From the NCBI RefSeq assembly GCF_009914755.1, contig NC_060934.1: a DNA stretch of 64,000 nt. One strand, given 5' to 3'. Shown here one piece after another: positions 27,670 through 42,251 of this stretch (the stretch's first letter is position 1; each line of letters begins with the position of its first letter). Position numbers and translations under genes: made by a program. This DNA comes from the human T2T-CHM13v2.0 reference genome, Homo sapiens. The notes below the pieces were generated by a model, which ran no database searches, was not told the DNA's origin, and saw only the letters and a list, made by a program, of their open reading frames with translations.

Positions 27670-27918
27670 TTATTTTCCAATGTGGATGCTTTTGCTTTCT
27701 TTCTCTTGCCTAACTGTCCTGGCTAGGACTTCCAATACTATGTTGAGTAGAAATGGTGAGAGTGGACATTCTTGCCTTTTTCCTGATCTTAGAGGAAAAG
27801 CTTTCAACTTTTCACCATGGAGTATAATGTTAGCTGTGGGTTTGTCATATATGGACTCTATTGTTTTGCGATACATTCTTTGTATACCTAATTGTTGAGA
27901 GTTTTCATCATGAAACAA
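27670..27918 (-). pseudogene. L1 ORF2 reverse-transcriptase fragment (degenerate)
   Basis: [46 protein letters not shown] matches the L1 ORF2p RT motif (QGCPLSP region). Confidence 0.92.
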
Positions 27919-28869
27919 TGTTGAGTTTTGTCATATGCTTTTTCTACATCTATTGAAATGATTATATGTTTTTTGTCCTTCATTCTGTTAATGTAGTGTA
28001 TTACCTTTATAGATTTATGCATGTTGAACCATTCTTGCATCCCTGGGATAAATCCCAGTTGATCATGATAAATAATCCTTTTAACGTGCTGTTGAATTTG
28101 GTTTGCCAGTATTTTTTAGGTGACTTTTGCATCTATATGCATCAGGAATATTGGCCTATATTTTCCTTTCCCTTTTAGTGACCTTATCTGGCTTTGGTAT
28201 TAGAACAAATAAATTTTGATCACAAAAAACCTACACTTTTACTCTCTGCTCCCACATTTTATAATTTTGATACAACAATTTAAATATTTTTATATTGTGT
28301 ATCCCCTAACAAATTATTGTTGCTATTGTTATTTTTAGTAGTTTTGTTTTTTAATCTTCATTTTAAAGATATAAATGGTTTACACAACACCATTACAGTA
28401 TTAAAGTATTCTGAACTTGACTCTATATTTACTTTTACCAGTGATTTTTACCCTATGTTTTCACGTTACTAATTAGCATCCTTTTTTTTTTCAGCTTGAA
28501 GCATCCCTTTAGCATTTTTGCTAAGGTAGGTCTAGTGGTAATAATGAACTCCCTTAGCTTTTGTTTGTCTGGGAAAGTCTATCTTTCATTTATTTCTGAA
28601 GTGCAACTTTCCTGGGTAAAGTATTCTTGGTTGGCAGGTTTTTTTGTTGTTTTTATTTCTTCAGCACTTTGAATGTATCATCACACTGTCTCCTGGCCTG
28701 TAATGTTTCTGCTGAGAAGTCTGCTGCTATCCTTATTGGAACTCCCTTATATGCGATTTGCTTCTTTTTTCTTGCTGCTTTCAATAACTACTTTTTGTCT
28801 TTGATTTTTGACAATTTAATTATAATATATCTTAGTGTAGTCTTGTGTGGAGTGAATCTGACTGGAGAC

Positions 28870-29244
28870 TGTATTAATTCGTTCTCATACTGTTAATAAA
28901 GACATACCTGAGACTGGGTAATTTATAAAGGAAAGAGGTTTAATTGACTCACAGTTCAGCATGAGTGGGGAGGCCTCAGAAAACTTACAATATGGTGGAA
29001 GGGGAAACAAACACGTCCTTCTTTACATGGTGGCAGCAAGGAGAAGTGCCAAGCAAAAGGGGGGAAAGTCCCTTATAAAACCATCAGCTCTCATGAGAAC
29101 TTACTCACTATCATGAGAACAGCATGGGGGAAACTGCCCCCATGATTCAATTACCTCCCACCAGGTCCCTCCTACAACACATGGGGATTACGGGAACTAA
29201 AATTCAAGATGAGATTTGGGTGGGGACACAGCCAAACAATATCA
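28870..29244 (-). mobile_element. THE1C-like MaLR solo LTR
   Basis: aaagacatacctgagactgggtaatttataaag...gagatttgggtggggacacagccaaac; 5-bp TSD GAGAC 28865-28869 / 29245-29249. Confidence 0.93.
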
Positions 29245-29390
29245 GAGACCTTTGGCGTTCCTGTACTTGGATATTTATATCTTTTCCCAGATTTGGATAA
29301 GGAATGTTTTCTGCTATTATTTCTTTAAGTAAAATTTCTATTCCTTTGTCCCTTTGCTCCCCCTTGAACTTCTACAATTAAAAAATTTGT

Positions 29391-30091
<701 letters not shown>

Positions 30092-30259
30092 TCAAACAAC
30101 TTGTCTTATTGTGTTCTTTTGGTGGTATGTCACCTTGTTTTTATATGTTACCTGTTGCCTTAGGTTGATATCTGCACATTTTGAAGAAGTAAGGACTTAT
30201 TCTATTTGCTGCAGAGTGGCTTTACCAGTCAGCCCATCTGGAGATTCTGGGCAGGTTGT

Positions 30260-31600
30260 CTGGAGTGGTCCATAGATGGGCTTGCTGCTGGAGTCTTTGG
30301 GCAGGCTGACCTGGTGCCTGGGTCAGGTTAGCAGGCCTGGTGTTAAGTCCTCAGGGCTGGGCCTGGATCCTGGATCCACTGTGGTAGACTTATTAATTGG
30401 GTCAATTAGGGCAGGCCTGGAGCCTGTATCTGTGGGGATGAACCTGGAGCCTGTATCCATGACAGCCAGTCTAAGACTGGGTCCATAGAGGTTGACCTGG
30501 TGCTGGTGTGGGCCTTGAGCCTGAATCTTCTGGTACCAGCCAGGTGCTGGGATGGGTCTGATACCTGGGTCCACAGCGTTGTGACTGAAGCCTGAGCTCA
30601 TGGAAGATGGGTCTGTGTCCTGGTCCACAGCAACTGACCTGGTGCTGGGACAGGCCTGAAGCCTGAGTCTGTGGAGGCAGACCTGGGTCCTAGGCCCACA
30701 GGGGCTGGCCTGGCACTGGGATCTACTTGGGTGGGTCTTGACCTTGGGTCAACTGGAGTCTGGTGTCATCAGGACTGGCCTGGATCCTGGGGCTAGCCAG
30801 TGATGAAGCAGGCATGGAGCCTGGGTCTATAAGGGCTGGTATAGAGCCTGCGATCATGGGTACTGGCTGGCACCTAGGGCTACGGGGACTGGCCTGAAGC
30901 CTGGGTCCACTGGGGTTGGCTTGGAGATTGGGTGTATAGGTGCTGGCTTGGAAACTAGGTCTGTGAGGGGTGACCTGGATCCTTAGGCCATGGGGGCCAT
31001 CATGGAACCTGGGTCCACAGAGGTGGTCCTGAAGCCTGGGTCCACGGGGACTGGTCCAACCAGCACTGGGATCTACTGAGAATGGCCTAAACCTTGGGTC
31101 TGCTGGAGCTTGGGGCCACAGAGATTGACCTGAAGGATAGGACAAAGGGACTGGCTTGGCACTGGGCATGCCCAGATTCTGTGTCCATGGGTGTCAGCCT
31201 GGTGCCTAAGGCTACATGTGTCAACCTGGTTCTGGGGTAGTCCTGAAGCCTGAGGCCACAGGAGCTGGCCTGGTGCTAGACGGGTCTAGAGTCTGTATCC
31301 ACGGTGGCCAGCCTGAAGGCTGAATTGAACGGTGCTATCCTGATGGCTAAGACTGCAGGGGTGATTTGGATACTGTGTCTGCTGGGGCTGGCCTGACCTG
31401 GCCCTTCAGGGTGGGCCTGAAGCCCAGGACCACTAGGGCCAGTCCAATAGTGGGACAGGCCTGGAGCCTGGGGCTGTGACGTCTTGACTGGCGCAGGGCG
31501 GGTTTGGAGACTCAGTCTGTAGGTACTGGCCTGGAGTCTGGTCCCATGGGGGCCTGACCAGTGCTCAGTTTTATTGGGTACAGTCCTGGTGTTGAGGGTC
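30260..31600. repeat. Degenerate GC-rich ~27-bp tandem array in the L1 5' region
   Basis: Units start at 30817, 30844, 30870, 30897, 30924, 30951, 30978, 31005, 31032; consensus ~GAGCCTGGGTCCACGGGGGCTGGCCTG. Confidence 0.88.
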
Positions 31601-32089
31601 TGAAGCAAAGTCTGGTGTTCACTTCCCTCTCCTTCCCCCAAGTGCAGGGTATCTCTTTCAATGCTATGCTGCCTAGGGTTGGAGGAGTGGTATAAAACTG
31701 TTCTTCCTTCCATATTGAAGAGGTTCAATGTGTCTTATTTCTGTGCTCTACCTAGGTGCTATAATATTTCACCTGGCTTCCTTAGCTCTTGTGAAGGTAT
31801 TTTCACACATAATTGTTGTGGTTCAAATGGATGTTTCCACAGGGAGACAAGCTCTGGAAAGTCCTATTCTGCCATCTTGCTGCTATACTCCCAGCCTTCT
31901 TTTTTGGCTAATTTTAAAGACAAATAGTCATTACATTGATGTGTAGTGGTTAAAGTGATCATTAGCAAAAAAGTCATGTTTCCTAAAGGGAATCTGAGCC
32001 GCTAACTAATAATCAAAACACCTTTAAGACCAGCTGTGGGTAATTAGCACATTTGCACCAGTGATTTTCTACTCTGGTTTGAGACAGTC

Positions 32090-32450
32090 CAATTCAGCAA
32101 ATAATTTTTTAGTGTACGTTAGGTATGGATGTTTACTGCTTGCAAGAACATAGGAAAAGTATATCAAGTCCCTACCCTCAAGGAGCTTATATTCTAGGAA
32201 GGGAAATAATGACAAGTTTACAAATGACTATAAATACCTGTAGGTAACACCATATATACTACATGCATAAAAGGATACAGATAACATGTTAATGATTTTT
32301 AGAAGCAGAAAAGAAAACATTCACTTAGGATAATTCAAGAAAAGCGTCAAGAAAGAGTTGGTGGTCTTTGAGATAAACTTTGAAAGACAGCTTGAGTTTT
32401 GTTTAATGGAGATGTTGGGGAAGGTAATTATAAGTGTTGAAGAAATCCAA
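32090..32450 (-). mobile_element. L2 relic
   Basis: ttcagcaaataatttttagtg...gtccctaccctcaaggagcttatattctag...gagataaactttgaaagac. Confidence 0.6.
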
Positions 32451-32681
32451 TCATACACTTACATACTCAGTTCCTCTTTCACTCATCAAACTTTTATTGA
32501 GTACCTACTGTGTCTGAGGAGTATAGAGATTACCAAAAACAAAGTCTCTGCACATCAGATTTCAGTCACTTTCAACTCAAATGTTTCTCCTCCTCATGGA
32601 GAAGGAGGAAAAAAAGACAAACAGATGAACTGCAATGTAATATGCTCAGTATTTCATATAAGTGCTTAATTAAATGCTGTA

Positions 32682-32920
32682 TGTATTAGTCATAGTTCTC
32701 CAGAGAAACAGAACCTATACTAATAGGATATATATGTATATACATACACACAAAAAAAATATACACACATATATACATACATAAACATGTATGTATATAT
32801 ACACATGTGTGTGCGTGTGTGTGTAGATATACACAAAGATATATATACACACACATATTATATATATACGTATATATGTATATATACATATATACGTATA
32901 TATATGTGTGTGTGTATATA

Positions 32921-32967
<47 letters not shown>

Positions 32968-33380
32968 AGAGAGAAAGAGAGTGAGAGAGAGAGAGAGAGA
33001 AAGAAACAGACAGATTGATTTTAAGTAACTGGCTCAGGTAATTATGGATGCTGGGAAGTCCAAAATCTGTAGGGTAGGCTGCTGGCAGGGTGGAGACCCA
33101 GGGAAGAGCTGAGGTTGCAGTTCAAGCCTGAAGGCAGTCTGCTGGCAGAATTTTTGTTGTTGTTGTTCAGGGAAGGCCAGTCTTTTCTCTATCAAGGTCT
33201 TCAACTGATTGGATGAAGCCCATCCACATTATGGAGGGTAATCTGCTTTACTCAAAGTCTATTAATTTAAATATCAATCTCATCTAAAGAATATCTTCAT
33301 AGAAATATCTAGAATAATGTTTGACCAACTATCTGGGTAACATGGCCTAGCCAAGTTGACACATACAATTAACCATCATA
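32682..33380 (-). mobile_element. MLT2 (ERVL) solo LTR
   Basis: tgtattagtcatagttctccagagaaacagaacc...ccaagttgacacatacaattaaccatca; TSD ctgta/ctata. Confidence 0.92.
32728..33000. repeat. Complex (TA)/(CA)/(TG)/(GA) microsatellite inside MLT2
   Basis: Direct reading; usual expansion site of MLT2 LTRs. Confidence 0.95.
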
Positions 33381-33509
33381 CTATATAAGAAAAATGGAAC
33401 AAATTTGGTCTCAGCCTCCATCCATCAGATTAATCAGAGTAGCTGATGGAGTGGCATACTCAGTGTAAATCTGAGTTCAGCCAAGAACATGTAGGGCTGA
33501 GGGATGGAT

Positions 33510-33990
33510 TGTTGGGAGAAGTAGTTGACTACCAACCCTGATTATCTCTGCATGTTCTTGATGAGTGTGCCAGACTGCAAGACTTATGTCTTCTGATAAA
33601 AAGTAGTTTCTGCAGCTACTTACACAGGCAACTAAGTTGTCAAAATGACCACAGCATGACTACCATATAATTGCCCACCCCTGCGGGGAGGAATACTGGC
33701 TTGTTTGCTGCTTCCACAATGTTTGCTGATAGCCTAAAAAGTGCTAGGCTTTTGGCCTGAACTCCTCAGCTGCAGCTTAGACCCACTGCATGTGTAGCAT
33801 AAATTTGGGCCCACTGCGTTGTTCCTGTGGGACTCGGTGGCCAGGGAAACCGATGCAAATATGCTAATGATGCTTGCTGAGTAGATAAAGTCTTCTGTTT
33901 CTGACCTAGAAGACTTGGGCTTGAAGCAGCAAAGGCAAACTTGTTAGCTTGCAAATAGGGTAACTCTCAGGCCCTTCACAGTTCTTGACA
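33510..33990 (+). mobile_element. LTR40-family ERVL 5' LTR
   Basis: TGTTGGGAGA start; ...aacttgttagcttgcaaatagggtaa...cccttcacagttcttgaCA end. Confidence 0.8.
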
Positions 33991-34480
33991 GCTACAGTGA
34001 CGAGGACGGGATGCCAACAGTGACATGACTTTCTGAAAGAGGAAGGACAGAGGCTTTGCAGGTCGGGTTGGGGATATAAGTATTCCCAGGAGCTGATAGT
34101 AAGTGCTCTCACCAAAGTAGTGAGTGATGCTGAGGAGTAAGGGTTCCCCAGTGTCCTATTTTTAATGAACAAAAGTAGAACTAATTATTCGGAAGCAAAC
34201 AGTGATAGGATTGAAACAAGCCACCAAAATGGTACCTTGGCTTTTGGTCACTTTCCCAAGGAGGGTGAGGGAAAGGATGTTTATTTTGACAATGGGATAG
34301 CAAGCCCTGTGATCCTAACCCAAATGCAATGTGGTTGTGCTTACTGAAAGCTGAAATAGATGATGTCAGTAATTATGAACTTACCACCTGACATGGGGCT
34401 TTGGAAGGGCTGAAAACATTGGAAATTCATTTGATTGAGCTGTGAGCAGCTGTCACACCACTCAAAACTGAAAGTAGTAA
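33991..34480 (+). mobile_element. ERVL internal leader/gag start (HERVL40-like), truncated
   Basis: PBS-like gtgacgaggacgggatg directly after the LTR, followed by gacatgactttctgaaagaggaagga. Confidence 0.6.
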
Positions 34481-35032
34481 CTAAACCAGTCTTGAAAAAG
34501 AACATATTCATTTTTGCAGTTACTCACACTTTCCAATTTCAAAGTTTAATACAAAACTACAGTAATCAAGAGATTATGGTATTGGCCATAATCTCTTGAT
34601 TACTGTACATATACATATATGTATAAAGGTAGACATAAAGATCTATGGAATAAAATTGAAAGTCCAGAAATAAACCCTTACATATGTGGTCACTTAATTT
34701 TCAATAAAAGTGCCAAGACAATTAAATGGGAAAAGAATAGTCTTTTCAACAAATGGTATTGGGACAACTGTATCTACATGCAAAAGAATGATGTTGAATC
34801 TCTACCTCATATCATGTACAAAAATTAACTCAAATGGACCAAAGACCTAAAGATAGGAGAGCTACAACTATACAAATTCTTAGAAGAAAAAATAGGAGTA
34901 GATCTTTGTGGCCTTGAATTGAACACCAAAAGTACAAATGACCAAAAAATAGATAAATTAGAGTTCATCAAAATTAAAACCTTTTGTGCTTAAAAGGACA
35001 CCATCAAGAAAATAAAAAGACAACACACAGAT
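34480..35032 (+). mobile_element. L1M ORF2 3' fragment
   Basis: ORF 34619-34828 WNKIESPEINPYICGHLIFNKSAKTIKWEKNSLFNKWYW matches the L1 ORF2p C-terminal region. Confidence 0.9.
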
Positions 35033-35036
35033 TATT

Positions 35037-36615
<1,579 letters not shown>

Positions 36616-37879
36616 TAGTAGTAGATGGACCCCAACAATTCTAATAACAAAAGACAGTCGTAAGTACTATAACAGGGCTACAGGAGCCTTGAAGAAAAAA
36701 GCTTTATTTCCTGAATGGTTTCAAAGGGAAGCAGTGCAGTTTTATTTTAAAAGATTTTATTAATTTAGGTTCAGCTGGGAGGTCCATCTGAAGATAGTGG
36801 TATGGAAATAACATATTGAAATGAATCAGAAAACTTCAGAGCTGAAGGGAAACTCAGATTGTCCAATTCAACCTCTACATTAGAGACAGACCCAGAGCGC
36901 CCAGTGCCCTACAATGAGTGAGTTGGTGTCAGAATGTGGAATCAGATCCAGAACTCCTGGTCTTCCAGTAGGTGAGCCTTCTATCCCAAGGCCTTCCTGC
37001 CTTCCTGCTGTCACTTCATTATGGTGCCCTGGGGTAAGGAGCCTTCTCAGGAACATGTATTATTTGGGTAACTAATATTACAAATATCTGCCAATGACGT
37101 CTTGTTGCACAGTCTTTCCAAGTCTTCCCTTTAGCTCCTCCCTTCCAGCCAGTAGTAATATCTCCTACCTCAGACATCTAAAAAATCTATTGTCTACTGA
37201 TCATTTGGATCCTTTCCTCCCTGTCTTATTTTCACAAATATTTATCAAGTACTTCCTATGCAAGGCACCTTATGTTAGGCTCTGGGGATAATGAGTGAAC
37301 AAGACAGAATTTAACATACACATCCATCATCTATTAACTCTCTCCAAGGCTTTATGCCACCCAACACAGATTGTAAACATGGAGAGAAGGAATCTAACAT
37401 TATTTTTTATGTTCTACAGAAACTAAAACAGTGCTTTGTTTTAGTGTATGTCATAAGGTTCTCGAACAAAGATATTAAAAAGAATTATCAGTGAAATTTG
37501 TAAAGATACTAAAAAACGGAATAGTATAATAAACCACCAAATGTTCTGCCATTCTCGTTTCAAAGTCTGATGACAGGTGACAGAGAGTGTAAATGGGGAT
37601 GGTTGGGCCAGTGACAGGGAAACTCTAGGCACCAAGTTCAGTCGGGGATCCCAGATAAAGGGCCAGGCAGTGAGATACACCACTATTATTTGTATGAAGG
37701 GCAATAAACAGGAAGCAATGAAGTTTGCCAAGTGCTGGTGGCAAGGGCAGGATAGAGCATCAGGTGCAGGGAGCTTGAGCTAAACTTTGCTGAGCAGTGC
37801 TGCCTGCCTCTGTGCCTGGCAGTGGGTGGACCATACCTCAGGTTGGTCTTAGGGACACTGTGTGACCTCTGATGTGTGA

Positions 37880-38231
37880 CTGAGCGTCTTTCCCCCACTG
37901 CAGCCTTTGCAGATGCTGTTCCTGTTGAGCGATGCTCTGCTCTTCCACCAGCCTCTCTAATGGCTGCCTCTTCAGTGAAGACCTCCTTAGCCACACTTTC
38001 TAAAGAAGCCTCCCCTCCTCATTATTCAACTTAGCAACTGCTTCCTACACAGCATTCAGAATTTTGTAATTAATTGTTAGTTTACTTGTTTATTTTTAGT
38101 CTCCCCTTCTAGACTGTAACCTCCAGTGAGGACAGGGATCTTGTCTTTCCCCTTCACCTCCATTTCATCAGAATCTACAAGTGTCTGGCACATACTAGGT
38201 ACTCAATAAATAGTTGTCAAATGAATGAATG
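37880..38231 (+). mobile_element. L2 3' end
   Basis: ctagactgtaacctcc...gtgtctggcacatactaggtactcaataaatagttgtcaaatgaatgaatga. Confidence 0.85.
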
Positions 38232-38347
38232 ATAGACAGTACTAAATATTTTGTTAATATCTCAAAAATTGAAGCAAGAGTTGAGTACAGAGGAGTAGAG
38301 AAAAATAAAAAGGTAGTTAATTTAATTAGGGCAATGTAAACCTCTAA

Positions 38348-38523
38348 TACAGTTCTCAATTCTGGCTTCACGTTGAATCACTTGGACTTTAAAAAAATAT
38401 CAACACCTGGGATCCTCTACGGATCAACTTGAACAGGAATCTCTGGGGTTGGTGCCTAAGCACAGGTATTTTTAAGAAGCTCCCGAGGTGACTATAATGT
38501 TCAGCCAGGCTTGAGAACCACTG
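38348..38523. mobile_element. MER5A-like hAT-Charlie MITE
   Basis: gttctcaa...gaatctctgggg...ttttaagaagctccc...ttgagaaccactg TIR. Confidence 0.8.
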
Positions 38524-39044
38524 CTCTAACAAAGAAAGGCTATAAGGATTGTGACAACAAGACGAGGGTGAATTTTAGAATAGAAGGCAGGTCTTCTGCC
38601 GTCAAATTTAGGGTAAATAAAAATGGTGTGTTCTATTGAATCCTTTCAATGCTTAAAACCAAATCAAGGATGAAATAAGCAGAGATTGATAATAATTGAA
38701 AGTTAGTAAGTGAGGTATCTAATGACTGACAGATTTTTTTAAAAAAATGTTATAGTGTAGTACATTTAAATAAGAATTAAAAAGCAGAATTTATTTTTAT
38801 TTGTTCTATTTTTTAATAAAGACTTTTGCTTTTATTTAAACAAGCACAAAACCATAATTGAGTTAGAAAAAAACATAACGTATTATCTTGGTTCTATCAG
38901 CGGCTTATTTTTTGGTTCCTACAGGTCACAACCAGACATCGTTGTGCCCTTAATGTTTGCCAATATAGTCTTTAAGATGAAATATTCTTAAATTTGTCAT
39001 ATCGTGGCATTCACAAAAGTGCCTTCCAACCTAGCAAAGGACAT

Positions 39045-39148
39045 TTCTTTTTTTCCTCTTCCTGCTTTCCTTTCTTTTTCTTTCTCCCTCCCTCCCTCCC
39101 TCCCTCTCTCCCTCCCTCCCTCCCTCTCTCCCTCCCTCTCTTTCTTCT
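39045..39148. repeat. Polypyrimidine (CCCT)n/(CT)n tract
   Basis: Direct reading. Confidence 0.9.
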
Positions 39149-39989
39149 CAGGTCATTTTTAGATAATTGTTTAGTGTTTTCAGTGAGCTGATGAGGTTAG
39201 GTGAGTGCAGTTCTTCTCATTCCAGAGCTGACCTTGCTCCTCGCTGTCTGCACGTTGCTTCAAGGATGGCAAATCATGTTCCTAAACTCAAGTGCAGCAA
39301 GACTATAATTGCTTCTTCTCCCTAATTTATTTAGGAGGCCACACAATTTGCTGTAGCTGTAATCCCTCAGTATTGCAATCTGGGAACAATATAAATGGCT
39401 GATGGCAGAGTGGGATTTTCAATTGTTGCTTCTCAGTGATTCACATAATGTGCTGTCATTAGCACTTTGATGTCACATATCATGGTTTCCAGGGCTTATT
39501 GGGCCATTTATAAATACCAAATGAAGGTGCTGGGGCTAGTATTGCAGCCTGGTTACTGCCTTAATTGCCTTCACTGGGAAAGCTTGCCAGCATCTTCTCC
39601 GGAGGGAAATAAAATGTAATTTTTAGTTTGTCTTTAACCTTTGCAGTCAATTCCTCTCAAGTGAAGGAATCATAGTTTTCCTTTTTTGTTCTTCTCATTT
39701 TCTAGTTAAGTTGCTAGAAAATTATAAAAAGTTAAATTACTTTTACCAAAAAATCTACTTTTCATCCTTTAGTCATCATTGCTTGAATTGATTTCCAGAT
39801 ATCTAAATATCAAATGTATGTCAACTACATATCAAATGTATATTAGGTATCAAATGCATCAAATATATATCAAATACATATCAAATATATATTTGATAAC
39901 AAATGTTTATTATCTTACCACAGTTATATTCAGGTTATTAATGATAATTATTGTGACTTATAGAATTTTAACAAAGTGACTTTATAAAT

Positions 39990-40225
39990 AATAATAGTGA
40001 TTAACATTTATTGAGTATTTACTATGTGGTAAAAGATACATATTCATTGGCTCGTTTAATCTTTCCAACAACCCTCTGAGGTAGACACTATTATTGTCTC
40101 CATTTTATGAGAGGAAATTGATATTTATTGATGCTTATAAATCCAAGGACATATAGCTAGTAAGTGGTAGAGCTGGTTTTGAAACTCAGGTCAGTCAGAT
40201 TCCAAAGCCAATACTTTTAAGCAGT
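39990..40225 (-). mobile_element. MIR SINE
   Basis: aacatttattgagtatttactatgtg...caaccctctgaggtag...gctagtaagtggtagagctgg. Confidence 0.85.
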
Positions 40226-41079
40226 ACATTCAAATACTTCCCTGTCTCTAACACCAGCACAGTTAGCCCCATTTCACAGAGGAAGAAATGAAGACTCATG
40301 TAACTAGAAAATTGTGGTGTGCATTTTGAGCTTGCACCTTCTGATTTTAGGTCTAGAGCGCTTTCTGTTTCCCAAGGGGGCTTGCATCGGCGTGAGCTGT
40401 TGCAACTGCTAGTGTTGTTGCCGACATCCTGTGCACACCGCTCAGGCTGATAAATAAGCAAGGGAGAACTCCTAGTAGAAAATCAGAGGAACGTCTACGT
40501 GAAAGCATTAGGGGCAAAAGAACTGCCTTCCTGTCAGATAGTGCAGAGCACAGGCTCTGATTTGAGCAGCCAGGGTTTAAAGACACAGAGGAGAAAAGAA
40601 GCAAGTCATGTTCCCTGGGCATGCAGCCCAGGCACTTCGGCCACTGACGTGGAGCCAGCCTGAGTCTCAGTGATTGATCCTGCAGCCAAGGATGCCCTTC
40701 TCTCAGCAGCCGCAGGTTCCCACAAAGGAAGGCTGCACATGGTGAAATCTTTGTCAGGGCCCCTAATGGGAGCATTGGGTTTCACATCACAGCTACCCCT
40801 AAACAGGTACACTCTGCTTCTTTCATCTTCCTGATGGCTCCCACGGGAAAGAAAAGAAAGAGAAAGGCGGCTTCACCAAGAAACAGGTCACAGGCTGGTT
40901 TGGCTGGGTTTTGTGCCTCCCCCGCCCTACCACCTCCAGGTCTGTAGCTTTGAAATTCTTTAATTTTCATACACCCTGTGTGGCCACTGGACAGCAATGG
41001 GAAAAGTTTTCTTAATTTTTCCTAATCCATCTAACATGATTCACTGGAAAATTAATGCCTCTGTACTTTAAATATACTA

Positions 41080-41400
41080 CTGCTTCTGTTTGGAAGCTCC
41101 TCCCCAGACCCCAAACTCTTCTTCCTATGGCTAACTGGCCCTTTTTAAAGATTCAGCTCAGGCACTGTTTCCTCCAGAAAGCCTTCCTTGATGCCCCATG
41201 CCTGTCCTCCACCCAGTATGACTTCTGTACTCCTCTTCTAATACACTATAGGGCTTCTGTTACAGTCCCTGCTAACTTGTCTATCTCCCTATCTCTACTG
41301 TAAGCTCCTTGAGGGCAGGACAGCGTCTCTAGTGTCTAGCATAGTATCTAGCACATAGCATGAATGCAATAAGTGTTTACGAATAAGTGAAACATGAATA
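41080..41400 (+). mobile_element. L2 3' end
   Basis: tcctccagaaagccttcc...actgtaagctccttgagggcagg...ctagcacatag. Confidence 0.8.
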
Positions 41401-41847
41401 ATAAGTGAACATTTGCATAGTTATTTAAACACAATCCTTTTGAAATACTCTTTTTTCTTTGAAAAATAGGCCTTCTTTAAGATCTTAAAAGCAATAATGC
41501 TGATTGCAGCAATTTTCCATACAAAAAATTCACGTAAGAAAATAAAAACTGCCTGTAATCTTACCACCCAAAGAAAACCACTTTTAACATTTAGATGTAG
41601 TCCCCTTCTGTAATTTTCTACATGTATGTATATATACCAAATCAGAATCCTATTTTTATACCTAATTTTCTCAAAGATTGTAACAGTAACTTCTGGAGGT
41701 AGAGGTGGCATTTTTATTCCAATTTAAGTGATGGGAAAACTGGAATACCAAGATACACATCTAATTAATGGCAGAGCTAGGACTAGAACTCATGAATCTT
41801 ACCATAGTTTCAGGCTCCTGCTGTTTCCTATGATGCCTTCTAATTAG

Positions 41848-42251
<404 letters not shown>

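Noticed and set aside
27670-27918. Reverse transcriptase motif as an active RT system
   Set aside because: Short degenerate L1 ORF2 remnant with a stop before the catalytic FADD motif and large deletions.
30276-31728. Cluster of 70-150 aa Pro/Gly-rich ORFs; array superficially like a CRISPR or collagen/mucin repeat
   Set aside because: Products of a GC-rich 27-bp tandem array inside an L1 5' region; no unique spacers, no cas genes, frames broken by stops and shifts.
32686-32984. Tyr/Ile/Cys/Val-rich ORFs
   Set aside because: Translation of dinucleotide microsatellite.
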